DNA of 63,584 nt. Origin: an uncultured Clostridia bacterium (GTDB lineage: Bacteria > Bacillota > Clostridia > TANB77 > CAG-508). The position numbers and the translations under genes were made by a program. Shown piece by piece: positions 33,013-44,932 of this stretch. The notes below the pieces were generated by a model, which was given only the letters and a program-made list of their open reading frames with translations, did no database searches and was not told the DNA's origin. The stretch covers positions 1 through 63,584 of the forward strand of contig CANQQQ010000003.1 in the NCBI GenBank assembly GCA_947626025.1, read 5' to 3'. Positions within the stretch are counted from its first letter, which is position 1. The number at the start of each line of letters is the position of its first letter.

Positions 33013-33355
33013 GACCTTTCATTAATATTTCAATAACATGCTCATCATCTAAGCTATAATAAACACTCTTTCCTTCTTTTCGATATTTAACTAGCTTAGA
33101 TTGTTTTAATATCCTTAACTGATGCGATATTGCACTTTGAGTTGTGTTAGTTATAAATGCAATTTCCCCAACGCATAGTTCTTTTTCCTTTAGAGCACAA
33201 ATTATCCTCATCCTTGTAGAATCTGCAAACATTTTAAATAATTCCGCTAAATCAAATATTTCATCATCATCTGGTAATGTATTTTTTACTTGCTCGATAA
33301 TATCAAGTCTAATAATATTTTGATCTTGTAAATCTTCGTTTGTTTCTCTTTCCAT
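32990..33355 (-). CDS. ArsR/SmtB family metalloregulator (CadC-like)
   Basis: FKMFADSTRMRI, ELCVGEI, SAISHQLR, YYSLDDEHV. Confidence 0.92.
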   Translation of the reverse strand: MERETNEDLQDQNIIRLDIIEQVKNTLPDDDEIFDLAELFKMFADSTRMRIICALKEKELCVGEIAFITNTTQSAISHQLRILKQSKLVKYRKEGKSVYYSLDDEHVIEILMKGREHIEEV

Positions 33356-33376
33356 TTTTTTATTCCTTTCATTTTA

Positions 33377-33400
33377 ATATATGAGCATTTGTTCATATAT
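33377..33400. promoter_or_regulatory. ArsR/SmtB operator, 11-2-11 inverted repeat
   Basis: ATATATGAGCA-TT-TGTTCATATAT (one mismatch) directly downstream of the -10 box. Confidence 0.8.
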
Positions 33401-33430
33401 ATTATATAATTTACTATAACTGCATGTCAA
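33401..33430 (-). promoter_or_regulatory. Sigma-A promoter for the ArsR regulator-cadA unit
   Basis: TTGACA-18 nt-TATAAT on the minus strand. Confidence 0.7.
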
Positions 33431-33554
33431 TACATTTATAATAAATTTTTGTTATTTCAATTGATTTTATGGTAAAAAAATACACCTCTGCTTTTAACAC
33501 AATATTTTTTATTGTGTCCATTAAGCGGGGTGCATTATATTATTAATTCAGTTT

Positions 33555-35196
<1,642 letters not shown>

Positions 35197-35211
35197 TAAC
35201 CTCCTATAAAT

Positions 35212-35493
<282 letters not shown>

Positions 35494-35558
35494 TTAAAAC
35501 TCCTCCTTTTTTAGAATTGCTTCTAATATATATGATGCAAATTATTATTTTATAATAA

Positions 35559-35585
35559 TTGGCACTCATCTTGATTGACTGCTAA
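35559..35585. promoter_or_regulatory. CIRCE element (HrcA operator), proximal
   Basis: Minus strand TTAGCAGTC-N9-GAGTGCCAA. Confidence 0.88.
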
Positions 35586-35601
35586 TATATTATAACAAAA
35601 A

Positions 35602-35628
35602 TTAGCACTTGTCAATAGTAAGTGCTAA
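35602..35628. promoter_or_regulatory. CIRCE element, distal, overlapping a TTGACA -35 box
   Basis: TTAGCACTT-N9-AAGTGCTAA; minus-strand TTGACA at 35610-35615. Confidence 0.75.
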
Positions 35629-35711
35629 TTTTTTTATATTGCTTTCAAAAGAATACCAAAGTAATTTGTTCTTCACTATTGATTACCTCTTTCATAGAAT
35701 TTTTTTAGTCA

Positions 35712-36308
35712 TTACGCATTATTATTTTCTCCCTCTTTGCTTTCTTCAATATTTTCTAATATATCATCTATTACGATTTGTTGATTATCATCTAACTTTA
35801 GCTTTGGTAATCTAGGTAATTCATCTAAATTGTTATATCCAAACATTTTTAAGAAATCATCTGTTGTTTTATATGCAATTGGCTTTCCTGGAGCATCAAT
35901 TTTTCCTGCTTCTTCTATTAAGTTATACTCTAATAATTTATATACAGTAGCATCACTAGATACACCCCTTATCGCGTCTATCTCTGCTCTTGTAATTTTA
36001 GGGTTATACGCTATAATGGCTAATGTTTCTAATGCTGCCTGAGAAAGTCTTGGTTTATTTCTTTTATCTATTACTGGATAAATGTATTCATAATATTCCT
36101 TTTTAGTGCACATTTGATATCCATCATCTACTCTAATAATTTCTATTCCTCGTGATATATCTTTGTATTCTCTATTCATATCATTAATTAACTCTACAAT
36201 ATCTCTTTCGTTAATTTCTACTGCAAGTTCTATTTCTTTTATCTTTACAACCCTTCCTGCGCAAAATAAAATAGCTTCAATAATTCCTCTTATTTTGTCT
36301 ATTTCCAT
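35712..36308 (-). CDS. scpB: SMC-Scp complex subunit ScpB
   Basis: IEAILF, GYQMCT, LSQAALETLAIIAYNPKITRAEIDAIRGV, YKTTDDFL. Confidence 0.95.
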   Translation of the reverse strand: MEIDKIRGIIEAILFCAGRVVKIKEIELAVEINERDIVELINDMNREYKDISRGIEIIRVDDGYQMCTKKEYYEYIYPVIDKRNKPRLSQAALETLAIIAYNPKITRAEIDAIRGVSSDATVYKLLEYNLIEEAGKIDAPGKPIAYKTTDDFLKMFGYNNLDELPRLPKLKLDDNQQIVIDDILENIEESKEGENNNA

Positions 36309-36341
36309 AGCAATTACAATTTCCTTTCTGTTGTTATGTAA

Positions 36342-36782
36342 CTATTTAAATATACTTTTTAACTTTTCCCATAAACTTACCTTATTTTTTATATTACCAT
36401 TAGCTATGTCTATATTTCTTTCAATCTCTTTTATTATATAAGCATTCCTATATCCTACTTCATCTTCAGCTTTTAATTCTTCGATAAGTTTATCAATATT
36501 TCCATCTAGTTTATCTAATCGCTCTCTATAATAAAAATCTTTACTATATGGATTATATTTATCTTCTTTCAATATATGTATAGTACGATTTGCTTCTTCT
36601 TCATTGTTAACCTTTGGGATATTAGGGTCATTTTCTGCATTCTCTATCATACTTATTAACTTTTTTATTCTTGTAACATATGTATCAGTTTTAACTTGAT
36701 TTTTAACTGAGATCTCTTTTTCTGTGTATGAATCTATTCTTTGACATAATTCTTCTACTTTTTCTAATAATTCATTTGTCAT
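36342..36782 (-). CDS. Hypothetical helical protein with a C-terminal amphipathic helix
   Basis: GAGGGG RBS; 146 aa; ends LWEKLKSIFK. Confidence 0.7.
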   Translation of the reverse strand: MTNELLEKVEELCQRIDSYTEKEISVKNQVKTDTYVTRIKKLISMIENAENDPNIPKVNNEEEANRTIHILKEDKYNPYSKDFYYRERLDKLDGNIDKLIEELKAEDEVGYRNAYIIKEIERNIDIANGNIKNKVSLWEKLKSIFK

Positions 36783-36863
36783 TATTAATCATTCCCCTCT
36801 CAAACACAAATACATCTTTTGAAAATTAGTTATTACTTCCTATTTTTTCTAACTTTATTAACC

Positions 36864-36995
36864 TTATTTATTAATTAATTTTGATAATGTATCTTGCAAT
36901 CTTTTTTTACATTTTTTTAAAGTATTCTTATCTACATTTTTTAAATCTTGTTCAGTAAATTTAATATTATAATCTTCAAATAAAACTTCTTCCAT
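36864..36995 (-). CDS. Small 43-aa hypothetical protein, not in the ORF track
   Basis: GGAGGGAG RBS 7 nt before ATG; MEEVLFEDYNIKFTEQDLKNVDKNTLKKCKKRLQDTLSKLINK. Confidence 0.6.
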   Translation of the reverse strand: MEEVLFEDYNIKFTEQDLKNVDKNTLKKCKKRLQDTLSKLINK

Positions 36996-37210
36996 ACGCT
37001 ATTCTCCCTCCGTTTTTGCTTTTATTAGATAATACTATAATTTTAAAAATTTTTCAATAGTTTTGTATACAACAAATAAGAAAAATCTTAGATTTTTCAT
37101 TAATTTGTTCTTTTTGATTTTATCTTACAAATGAAAACAATTAAATCTCAAAGACAATAGAGCCTATAATTTTTTATATAATCCAAAATATAACTTTCCC
37201 GAGATATAAA

Positions 37211-37241
37211 ATTAAGGGACACTTTTAACGTGTCCCTTAAT
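37211..37241. terminator. Intrinsic terminator after the LPXTG gene
   Basis: attaagggacac-ttttaac-gtgtcccttaat. Confidence 0.7.
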
Positions 37242-37255
37242 ACATATTTATTATC

Positions 37256-37603
37256 TTAGTTCATATTATAATCTTTTACTTTTTTAAATGCATATACCCC
37301 AACTACTGTACAAACTATCATTAATCCAATAACTATATTTTCATTTGTACCTGTTTTTGGTAATGCTGTATTTGCTTTATTATTTGAATTTGTACCAGTA
37401 GTACTTGTATTTGGAGTATTTGTTGTTGTTGGTGTATTAGTTTCTGTTCCTACTGTACTATTTGGATCTTGAGGTATTGCATTTCCACCATTTAATATTT
37501 CATTTATACTATTTGCTGCTACTCCTACATTAAATACTTTCATTATTATTAAACTAACAATTAATAATAAAATAAAAATTCTTATTACCTTATTCTTCAT
37601 CAT
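37256..37603 (-). CDS. Small Thr/Asn-rich LPXTG surface protein
   Basis: Signal peptide; T/N/P low-complexity body; LPKTG followed by a TM helix and KKVK tail. Confidence 0.82.
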   Translation of the reverse strand: MMKNKVIRIFILLLIVSLIIMKVFNVGVAANSINEILNGGNAIPQDPNSTVGTETNTPTTTNTPNTSTTGTNSNNKANTALPKTGTNENIVIGLMIVCTVVGVYAFKKVKDYNMN

Positions 37604-37702
37604 ATTTTTTCTCCTTTACTAAATATTATATAACACTTACTTTTATTTATACTATATTTTGATTTTATTTTCAATAGTTTTTCAAAAAAAAACTTTATTT
37701 TT

Positions 37703-39013
37703 TTAAAAATGTCGTCCAATCTTGCCAGTTTTTATTGCAATATCTTCAAAAATATCTGTCTCCTCATCTTCATCATTACTTAGCATAAAATTATTGTCTT
37801 TGTCATCTTCTTCTGGTCCTTCAATTTCTTTTCTTAATTTATATGAAATAATCATATAAATTATTGAAATTAAACCTAACAAACAAGTAATTACTATTAG
37901 TATAATTTTCTTTGAATCACGTATTGTGTCTAAAAAGTTTTTATCATTGTCAGTATTTTCTACTGATCCTACTATTTCTTCTTCCACTGTGTTATACACA
38001 TCGATAACATATTCTATTACCTTATCGCCTAATGCTACAGTAATTTTTACTGTATTATTTCCTTCTTGCAAATCTGTTGCTCCCTCTATATTAATTGTAG
38101 CTTCAGAATTAGTTGCTATTGCATCAATTTCAAGTTCTTTCATATTTTGCACATTTGCTGTATATTTATATGTTTCAGGACTAAATTCTGGATCTAATTC
38201 AACATCTTTTATTACCAATTCACTTAATAGCAATTTTTCTTCTTCTGATGTTGGTACTACAGTTTCATCAATTACATTTGGTATTGTTGATTCTTTTGCT
38301 AGTCTTATAATATTTACATTATATGTTTTCTTTGTTCCATTTTCAGCAGTTACAGTAATTGAAAATTTATTTGTTTGTCCTTCTACTAGTGATTTCGTAC
38401 CTGTTCCACTTACAGTCGCTTTGCTATCATTTTTTACTGCTGAAATTTTTATTGAACTAACACTATTTGCTACTGTATGAGTAATCGTATTATTTAATGA
38501 CGAACCTGAAAATTTCTTATCTCCAACAGTTATTGATTTTAATGTAGCATCACTGGATTGTTTTGTGTCTCCTGGTGTTGTTGTATTCGGTGTCTGTGTT
38601 GATGGTGCTCTTACAGTCACTGTGGCCGTTGCGGATGAAGAAGCAACGGCGTTTCCTTCTTCATCCGCCATATCTTGTGAAATAAATACTACTTTATATA
38701 CTTTTGTTTCTGTTACTATTGGTGCTGTAAAAGTGTATGTTGCGATTCCTGAGGTTTTATTGTTAGATGCTGAAAAAGCAACTAATGTACCATTTACTGT
38801 TCCGCCAGATGCACTTTTAAAAGTTAATCCTCCATTAGATGTTATATTAATAGCGCCAGATGCCACAGGTTCTTGACTACTTACAGTTATTGTTACAGTT
38901 GCTCCTGAATCTACTGTAATGTCATTAGTTTTTATTCTTGCGAATGAATGTGTACATATACCTATCGTAAATAATATGCTTAATAAAAAAATGTATTTTA
39001 TTTTCTTAGCCAT
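37703..39013 (-). CDS. Membrane-anchored protein: cohesin-like beta-sandwich, two cadherin-like beta-sandwich domains, C-terminal TM
   Basis: Signal peptide; alternating beta-strand N-domain; SSDATLKSI..TVTAENGTKKTY cadherin-like signature; TM helix IILIVITCLLGLISIIYMII; the cohesin call is inference. Confidence 0.7.
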   Translation of the reverse strand: MAKKIKYIFLLSILFTIGICTHSFARIKTNDITVDSGATVTITVSSQEPVASGAINITSNGGLTFKSASGGTVNGTLVAFSASNNKTSGIATYTFTAPIVTETKVYKVVFISQDMADEEGNAVASSSATATVTVRAPSTQTPNTTTPGDTKQSSDATLKSITVGDKKFSGSSLNNTITHTVANSVSSIKISAVKNDSKATVSGTGTKSLVEGQTNKFSITVTAENGTKKTYNVNIIRLAKESTIPNVIDETVVPTSEEEKLLLSELVIKDVELDPEFSPETYKYTANVQNMKELEIDAIATNSEATINIEGATDLQEGNNTVKITVALGDKVIEYVIDVYNTVEEEIVGSVENTDNDKNFLDTIRDSKKIILIVITCLLGLISIIYMIISYKLRKEIEGPEEDDKDNNFMLSNDEDEETDIFEDIAIKTGKIGRHF

Positions 39014-39023
39014 ACTAGCCTCC

Positions 39024-40685
39024 TTATAATTTTATATTTGTAAGACCAACATATGATCTTAATACAACAGTCGAATCTGATGGTGTTGTTTTCCCATCAA
39101 TATTTACATCAGCAGCCAAATTTTCTATAGTATTCAGCTCTTTTAATCCAACATATGCTCTCAATATAACTGTTGAATCTGCTGGTGTTACTTTTCCATC
39201 TCCATTAGCATCACCTAATACTACTATTGTATATTGTTTATTGTTTGTAATGTCTTTTAAAATATTCCCAGTTGCTAGATTTGACGTGTCTTGTAATTTT
39301 GTTTGTCCAGAATATATTTCATAATTTGTTGTTTTTAATAATTCTCCTATTTTTTTCACTGTTATACCTGGAGTTGCTTTTACATAGTCTCCTTCAATTT
39401 TAGCTTGTGTTTCTGCATTAGTTTCTCCTCTACATGAAACTAAATATTGGCTTGCTACATATCCAACAGTTCCATTTGAAAGTTGTATCTTAGACCATTG
39501 ATATCCATTAGCTGTTGCTGAATTCCATTGTAACAGTGTAACAACTTCATTTTTTGATAAAGTTGCAAGAATACTAGCTGAAGTAGATGGTGTTGCTCTT
39601 AATCTTACTCCTGTTCCATTTATATAATATGATGTTGACAAATCTTCATCAATTGTTGTAGGTAAATTATTCGCATTTGGCATAGCGTCATAAACTGGTA
39701 TTATAAAGTTTAATGGCGTCACTAATAAACTGTTTGATGCATATGTATTAAATAAACTTTTAGCTTGACTAGATGGATCTTGAATATTCGTCATATATTG
39801 ATGACTAAATAATTGTGAAGTTTCATTACCTACAACATCCCATTTATAGAAATATGCTGTATTTTGCCCTGCATTTGTATAATTGTTTGCCATTGTCTTA
39901 GAGCCTTCTATAATTGCAATATATGGGTTTGTCCATCCATGATTTTTTGCATATTCTAATCCATTTGTTATTGGATCTCCTGTATCATTTGCGCCATAAT
40001 TAAAGAAATTATAATATCCATCATAAACAGTACCATTTGGTGACTCATAATGACCTGATACTGAATTACTTCCATTATTTCCTACTTCTTGTCTTATCTT
40101 TATCGCTATACTATATGGACTCATCTTGCTTTCTCTTGCTGCTTCCATGATAATTTTAGAATAATGCATCGTAGTATTAACACCATTTAATGGGAAAGTG
40201 ACTTCCTTGTTCATAAAAGTTGAAGCAATAATACTTTTTACTCCTGCCTCTGTTTGCGAACTAGAATTATACGTCATCTCTAAAAATTGAAATATTCCTG
40301 ATTCATCTAAAAAATTTCTTGGATCTGAATAATATTCTAATATAGATTTTGACGCACATTTATATCCTCCCTTAATTCCAAGATTACAGCTGTCTAGCCA
40401 TAGTGGATTTGAAGATATAACAACATTTCTTGTATGTACTGACATTTCTTGATTAATAAATTCATTCCATGTTATTCCTGTATAATACGCCGTAAATGTC
40501 CAATTAGGATATAGTGATTGTAATTCTTTTAATTTTGCTTGATAGCTTTCTGGGAAATTAGATATTCCAGTTCTTTTTGTTTGCGTATATGTACTTGCTT
40601 CTACATTGTGAGGTATGCATATTAGTTGAAGTATTAATATTATACAAATGAATATTGCTAATACCATTTTTCTGTTTCGTGTCAT
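39024..40685 (-). CDS. Secreted glucosaminidase (GH73-like) with SH3b and C-terminal type I dockerin
   Basis: YYNFFNYGA and HQYMTNI; SH3b VRLRATPS..GYVASQYL; duplicated GDANGDGKVTPADSTVILR / ADVNIDGKTTPSDSTVVLR. Confidence 0.85.
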   Translation of the reverse strand: MTRNRKMVLAIFICIILILQLICIPHNVEASTYTQTKRTGISNFPESYQAKLKELQSLYPNWTFTAYYTGITWNEFINQEMSVHTRNVVISSNPLWLDSCNLGIKGGYKCASKSILEYYSDPRNFLDESGIFQFLEMTYNSSSQTEAGVKSIIASTFMNKEVTFPLNGVNTTMHYSKIIMEAARESKMSPYSIAIKIRQEVGNNGSNSVSGHYESPNGTVYDGYYNFFNYGANDTGDPITNGLEYAKNHGWTNPYIAIIEGSKTMANNYTNAGQNTAYFYKWDVVGNETSQLFSHQYMTNIQDPSSQAKSLFNTYASNSLLVTPLNFIIPVYDAMPNANNLPTTIDEDLSTSYYINGTGVRLRATPSTSASILATLSKNEVVTLLQWNSATANGYQWSKIQLSNGTVGYVASQYLVSCRGETNAETQAKIEGDYVKATPGITVKKIGELLKTTNYEIYSGQTKLQDTSNLATGNILKDITNNKQYTIVVLGDANGDGKVTPADSTVILRAYVGLKELNTIENLAADVNIDGKTTPSDSTVVLRSYVGLTNIKL

Positions 40686-40830
40686 TTTGTAATGTCTACC
40701 TCCTTATCTATTAGAGTTTATCTATAATTCATTTTTACACATAATATATCATTAATTATTACATTCTAACATAGTATAACATTTTTTGACTTTTTAAGTC
40801 AATGGAAATTATTAAATGTCATATAAATGT

Positions 40831-40870
40831 AACATAAAAGACACATTCATATAAATGTGTCCTTTATGTT
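40831..40870. terminator. Terminator after glgP
   Basis: aacataaaagacacatt / aatgtgtcctttatgtt arms. Confidence 0.6.
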
Positions 40871-43499
40871 ATACATTATTTAACTCCTTTACAATATTTT
40901 CAACATTTTGCTTTTCTTTTTCTGATATTTCCTCTTTTTCTTCTTCTTCAAGCCATTTAATTAAATTTAAACTTGCCGGATCTAATAACATTGGATGCTT
41001 TGGCATTACTCTAAATGTGTATCCATAGTCTCCTCCTGTTCTTAGTTCTATCTCTCCAGTATATAAATTATCCTCTTTTATATCTCTTTTCATTGGAGTA
41101 ACATTTATATCTTCAAAGCTTCCATCTGGCATTATTTTTGCTGAATATACTTCTACTGATATAGTATCAGGACTTATATTAGGTAATTGAACTTTACAAC
41201 TAACATCTATCTTATTACCTGCATCTATTGAAATATCTCTTATATTTTTACCTTGTGTTATTTTAATTTTACTCCACTCATTTCTAGCATTCATCTTCCA
41301 CTCGCTATATCCAATTACGTTTTCCAAATCTTTATAATATGTATTATGAAGATTACATAATGGCATATATAGTTTTTCTGTATAATCTGCAACCATCCTT
41401 GCTGTACTATACATTCCTCCAGTAGATATAATCGAATTTTTCATCATTTGTACCCACTGATTAGAAAAATCTTCTTCAGGTGATTTATCATAATACATAG
41501 GTATTATTTTATTTTCTAAAGTATTATAAATACTTTGACAATCTGCATTGTCTTGAATATCATATGAATCATATTCATCATTAGTTCCTATTATCCAGCC
41601 ATTTTTCTTGTTATATCCTTCTACCCACCAACCATCTAATATACTAAAATTTACTACTCCATTAACTGATGCTTTTTGCCCACTTGTTCCTGATGCTTCC
41701 ATTGGTCTTCTTGGGTTATTTAACCAAATATCTACACCACTGACTAAATATCTTGCCATTTCAATATCATAATCCTCTAAAAGGAATATCTTTCCCTTGA
41801 ATTGTGGTTTCATTGATATTTCATGTATTTGTCTTATTAATTCTTGTCCTTCTATATCTCTTGGATGTGCTTTACCAGCAAAAATTAATTGCACAGGTCT
41901 ATCTTGATTATTTAAAATCTCCGTAATTCTTTCTAAATCTCTAAATATTAATGTTGCCCTTTTATATGTAGCAAATCTTCTTGCAAAGCCAATAGTTAAT
42001 GTATTTGGATTAAGTTTTGATACTATCTCCATTATCTGATCATATGGAGTACCATTTCTTCTTAATCTTGCTGTAACATTCTCTTTGACTAGTTTAAATA
42101 ATTTTTCTTTTCTAGCTATATGAGCAGACCATAATTCTGCATTTGGTATATCCTGAATTTTTTTCCATGTATCTTCTTCATGTATTTTATCTTGCCAATA
42201 TGGTATTAGATATTCATTATATAACTCTTTTAATTTTGGAGCTAACCATGAGCATGTATGTATACCATTTGTAACATAAGTTATTGGTGATTCGTTTGAT
42301 GCAATATCTGGCCAACACTCTCCAAATAGTTCTCTTGATACTTCTCCATGAAGTTTACTAACACCATTTCTCTTTCCTGCTATTTTTAGTGCTAAAATCC
42401 CCATATTGAATCCACTTTCAGTAGGTTGATCTGGTGCTACACCTAATCTCATAAATAGTTCTCTATCAATTCCTAATAAGTTCCAATAATTTTTAAAATA
42501 TTTATCCATTAAATCTATAGTAAAGATATCATTTCCCGCTGGAACTGGTGTATGAGTGGTAAATACAGTTTGTGAAGTAACTATATCCCTTGCAATCCTA
42601 AATGCTATTTTTTTATCTTCAACTAATTGTCTCATTAACTCTAATAGTAGAAAAGCTGAATGACCTTCATTCATATGGTAAACAGTTGGCTGTAATCCTA
42701 GTTCCTTTATTAATCTAGTTCCTGCCATTCCTAAAACAATTTCTTGTTTTATTCTCATCTCTTGGTCTCCACCATATAGTCTCTTTGTTACTTCTTTTAA
42801 ATCATCGTCAGCATTTTCTAAAATGTCAGAATCCATTAAATATAATTTAACTCTTCCAACATTTACTTGCCATACTTTTAAATATATTTTTCTTTTTTGT
42901 ATTTTTTCTGAAATAATTAAATCATTACCATTTGCGTCCTTAACTGGCAATATTGGTAAATTTTCTAAATCTATATCTATATAAACAGATTCTTGTCTAC
43001 CTTCAGCGTTTATTACTTGATGAAAATATCCATTTTTATATAATAGTCCTACACCTACTAATGGAAGACCTAAGTCACTTGCCGCTTTTAAGTGATCTCC
43101 TGATAATATCCCAAGTCCGCCAGAATATATAGGTAGAATTTGATCTAATCCATATTCTGCTGAAAAATATGCAATTAAATCATTTTTATTTTCAGGGTAT
43201 TTTTTACTAAACCACGTAGATTTACTATTCATGTAATTATCAAAATCTTCTACTACTTTATCATATTCTTTTAAGAAATCTTCATCTTTTGCATATTGTT
43301 CTATCTTCTCTTGAGATACTTGCTTTAAAAACTTTACTGGATTTTTTCCAATCTGTTCCCATAAATCAATATCCATTTGCTTGAATAGTCTTAAAAAATC
43401 TGTATTCCAAGCCCACCAAAGATTATATGAAATTTCTGTCAATCTATTAATCCTTCTAGGCAGTTGAGGATTAACTGTAATTCTATTAAACATATACAT
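40869..43499 (-). CDS. glgP: Alpha-glucan (glycogen) phosphorylase
   Basis: YFSAEYG, YSGGLGILSGD, HMNEGH, FARRFATYKR, EASGTSGQK. Confidence 0.96.
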   Translation of the reverse strand: MYMFNRITVNPQLPRRINRLTEISYNLWWAWNTDFLRLFKQMDIDLWEQIGKNPVKFLKQVSQEKIEQYAKDEDFLKEYDKVVEDFDNYMNSKSTWFSKKYPENKNDLIAYFSAEYGLDQILPIYSGGLGILSGDHLKAASDLGLPLVGVGLLYKNGYFHQVINAEGRQESVYIDIDLENLPILPVKDANGNDLIISEKIQKRKIYLKVWQVNVGRVKLYLMDSDILENADDDLKEVTKRLYGGDQEMRIKQEIVLGMAGTRLIKELGLQPTVYHMNEGHSAFLLLELMRQLVEDKKIAFRIARDIVTSQTVFTTHTPVPAGNDIFTIDLMDKYFKNYWNLLGIDRELFMRLGVAPDQPTESGFNMGILALKIAGKRNGVSKLHGEVSRELFGECWPDIASNESPITYVTNGIHTCSWLAPKLKELYNEYLIPYWQDKIHEEDTWKKIQDIPNAELWSAHIARKEKLFKLVKENVTARLRRNGTPYDQIMEIVSKLNPNTLTIGFARRFATYKRATLIFRDLERITEILNNQDRPVQLIFAGKAHPRDIEGQELIRQIHEISMKPQFKGKIFLLEDYDIEMARYLVSGVDIWLNNPRRPMEASGTSGQKASVNGVVNFSILDGWWVEGYNKKNGWIIGTNDEYDSYDIQDNADCQSIYNTLENKIIPMYYDKSPEEDFSNQWVQMMKNSIISTGGMYSTARMVADYTEKLYMPLCNLHNTYYKDLENVIGYSEWKMNARNEWSKIKITQGKNIRDISIDAGNKIDVSCKVQLPNISPDTISVEVYSAKIMPDGSFEDINVTPMKRDIKEDNLYTGEIELRTGGDYGYTFRVMPKHPMLLDPASLNLIKWLEEEEKEEISEKEKQNVENIVKELNNV

Positions 43500-43632
43500 A
43501 AGAATATGTACCCCCTTTTGTTCTTTTCAAAATCATTTGTTTTAATATATTTATTATCTATTAAAATAGTGAAAATGTCAATTAGTTTTTTAGAATTATT
43601 TGGACAATTTTAAAAGAGTACATAAATTTATA

Positions 43633-44244
43633 TTACTTAACTGAAATATGTATATTATCTGCATTTGCTCCTAATTCTCGTGATACGATATTTTGGATTT
43701 GAGCAATTTCTTCCTGTGATAAAGTTTCTTTTCCTATTATTACACTAATACTTGTATCATTTACAAATATTATACACTTATTAAATCCTTTAGCTAATAA
43801 TAAATTCTCAGATATCATTATTGCATTTTGTATCTGACTTATCTTAGAAATCTCCTGTGTTGCAACAGCTTTTTGTTCTCCTGATACATTTGGATTTTCT
43901 ATTATCGCTTGATAATTCTCTATTGTTTGTGAATACATATTTGTTCTATCTAATTTTGCTGATACAAAATATTGATCTTCTGTGTTTGTGTTTTCATTAT
44001 TTTCATCACTTTGATTAAAAACCTCTTGAGTTTCTGTTTGATTATCGCTTACTAATTTAGCATCTCCCAGTTTCGCAATTTCATCATTTTCATTTGAAAT
44101 ATTCTGACTATCTATGTCTTGAGTAGCGACTTCTGAGCTTATATCTTGAGTTTTATTTCTACCAATATAATCTAAATATCCTGCTGTTACCAGCATTAAT
44201 GCTATAATCAAAATCGTCAACTCATTTTTTTTAATTATTTTCAT
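43633..44244 (-). CDS. spoIIIAH: Stage III sporulation protein AH
   Basis: N-terminal TM helix, YF..AKLDR, ENLLLAKGF; last gene of the operon. Confidence 0.9.
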   Translation of the reverse strand: MKIIKKNELTILIIALMLVTAGYLDYIGRNKTQDISSEVATQDIDSQNISNENDEIAKLGDAKLVSDNQTETQEVFNQSDENNENTNTEDQYFVSAKLDRTNMYSQTIENYQAIIENPNVSGEQKAVATQEISKISQIQNAIMISENLLLAKGFNKCIIFVNDTSISVIIGKETLSQEEIAQIQNIVSRELGANADNIHISVK

Positions 44245-44316
44245 ATACAATCATTCCTTTCTTTTTTACCCAATATACTCATTAAATTTGAGAAAATCGT
44301 TTCTATTATTTTCAAA

Positions 44317-44919
44317 TTATTGATTCATCTCAAAAACTTGTACCTTATAAGTAGCAAGTCCTGTAATAGCTTCTACTGCTGATACAATATTACTTTTTAC
44401 TGTGGCATTAGAAGCTCCTTCTGCAATTACTATTGCTCCTTTTACTATTGGATTAATAACTGTTTGCGTTTCTATAGTTGTTCCATTTGAGTAAATAATT
44501 TCTGTTGTTTTATCGGTTTCTTCTATTATTCTAGTACCTCCATCAGAATCATTTTCTTGTGTAGATGATGTTTTCGAAGTTTCATTTTGCATAGGCACAA
44601 TTTCACTTCCTTTTGAATATGTGATCATTACACTTACTTTTCCTACTCCTTCCATTTTAGATAATATCCCTTCTAGTTTTGCTTCTAATTCATCTTCTGT
44701 ACTTTCATTGTCATTACTTACATAATCTGCTAATGTTTTATATCCCAAGCTGTCTTCTTTTGTTTCATCTTTATTCTTTGAATCTTCTTTCCAGATTGTA
44801 TTTATTGCAATTAATGTTATTATTAGAACTACTATAAATATAATCAAATTCTCTATTTTTCTCTTATCTGCTTTTCCTTGGTATTTTGATTTTATCATTT
44901 GCATTTTTTCTTTTAGCAT
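44317..44919 (-). CDS. spoIIIAG: Stage III sporulation protein AG
   Basis: LEGILSKMEGVGKVSVMITY, VKGAIVIAEGA, AVEAITG. Confidence 0.92.
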   Translation of the reverse strand: MLKEKMQMIKSKYQGKADKRKIENLIIFIVVLIITLIAINTIWKEDSKNKDETKEDSLGYKTLADYVSNDNESTEDELEAKLEGILSKMEGVGKVSVMITYSKGSEIVPMQNETSKTSSTQENDSDGGTRIIEETDKTTEIIYSNGTTIETQTVINPIVKGAIVIAEGASNATVKSNIVSAVEAITGLATYKVQVFEMNQ

Positions 44920-44932
44920 GCAACTCTCCTCC

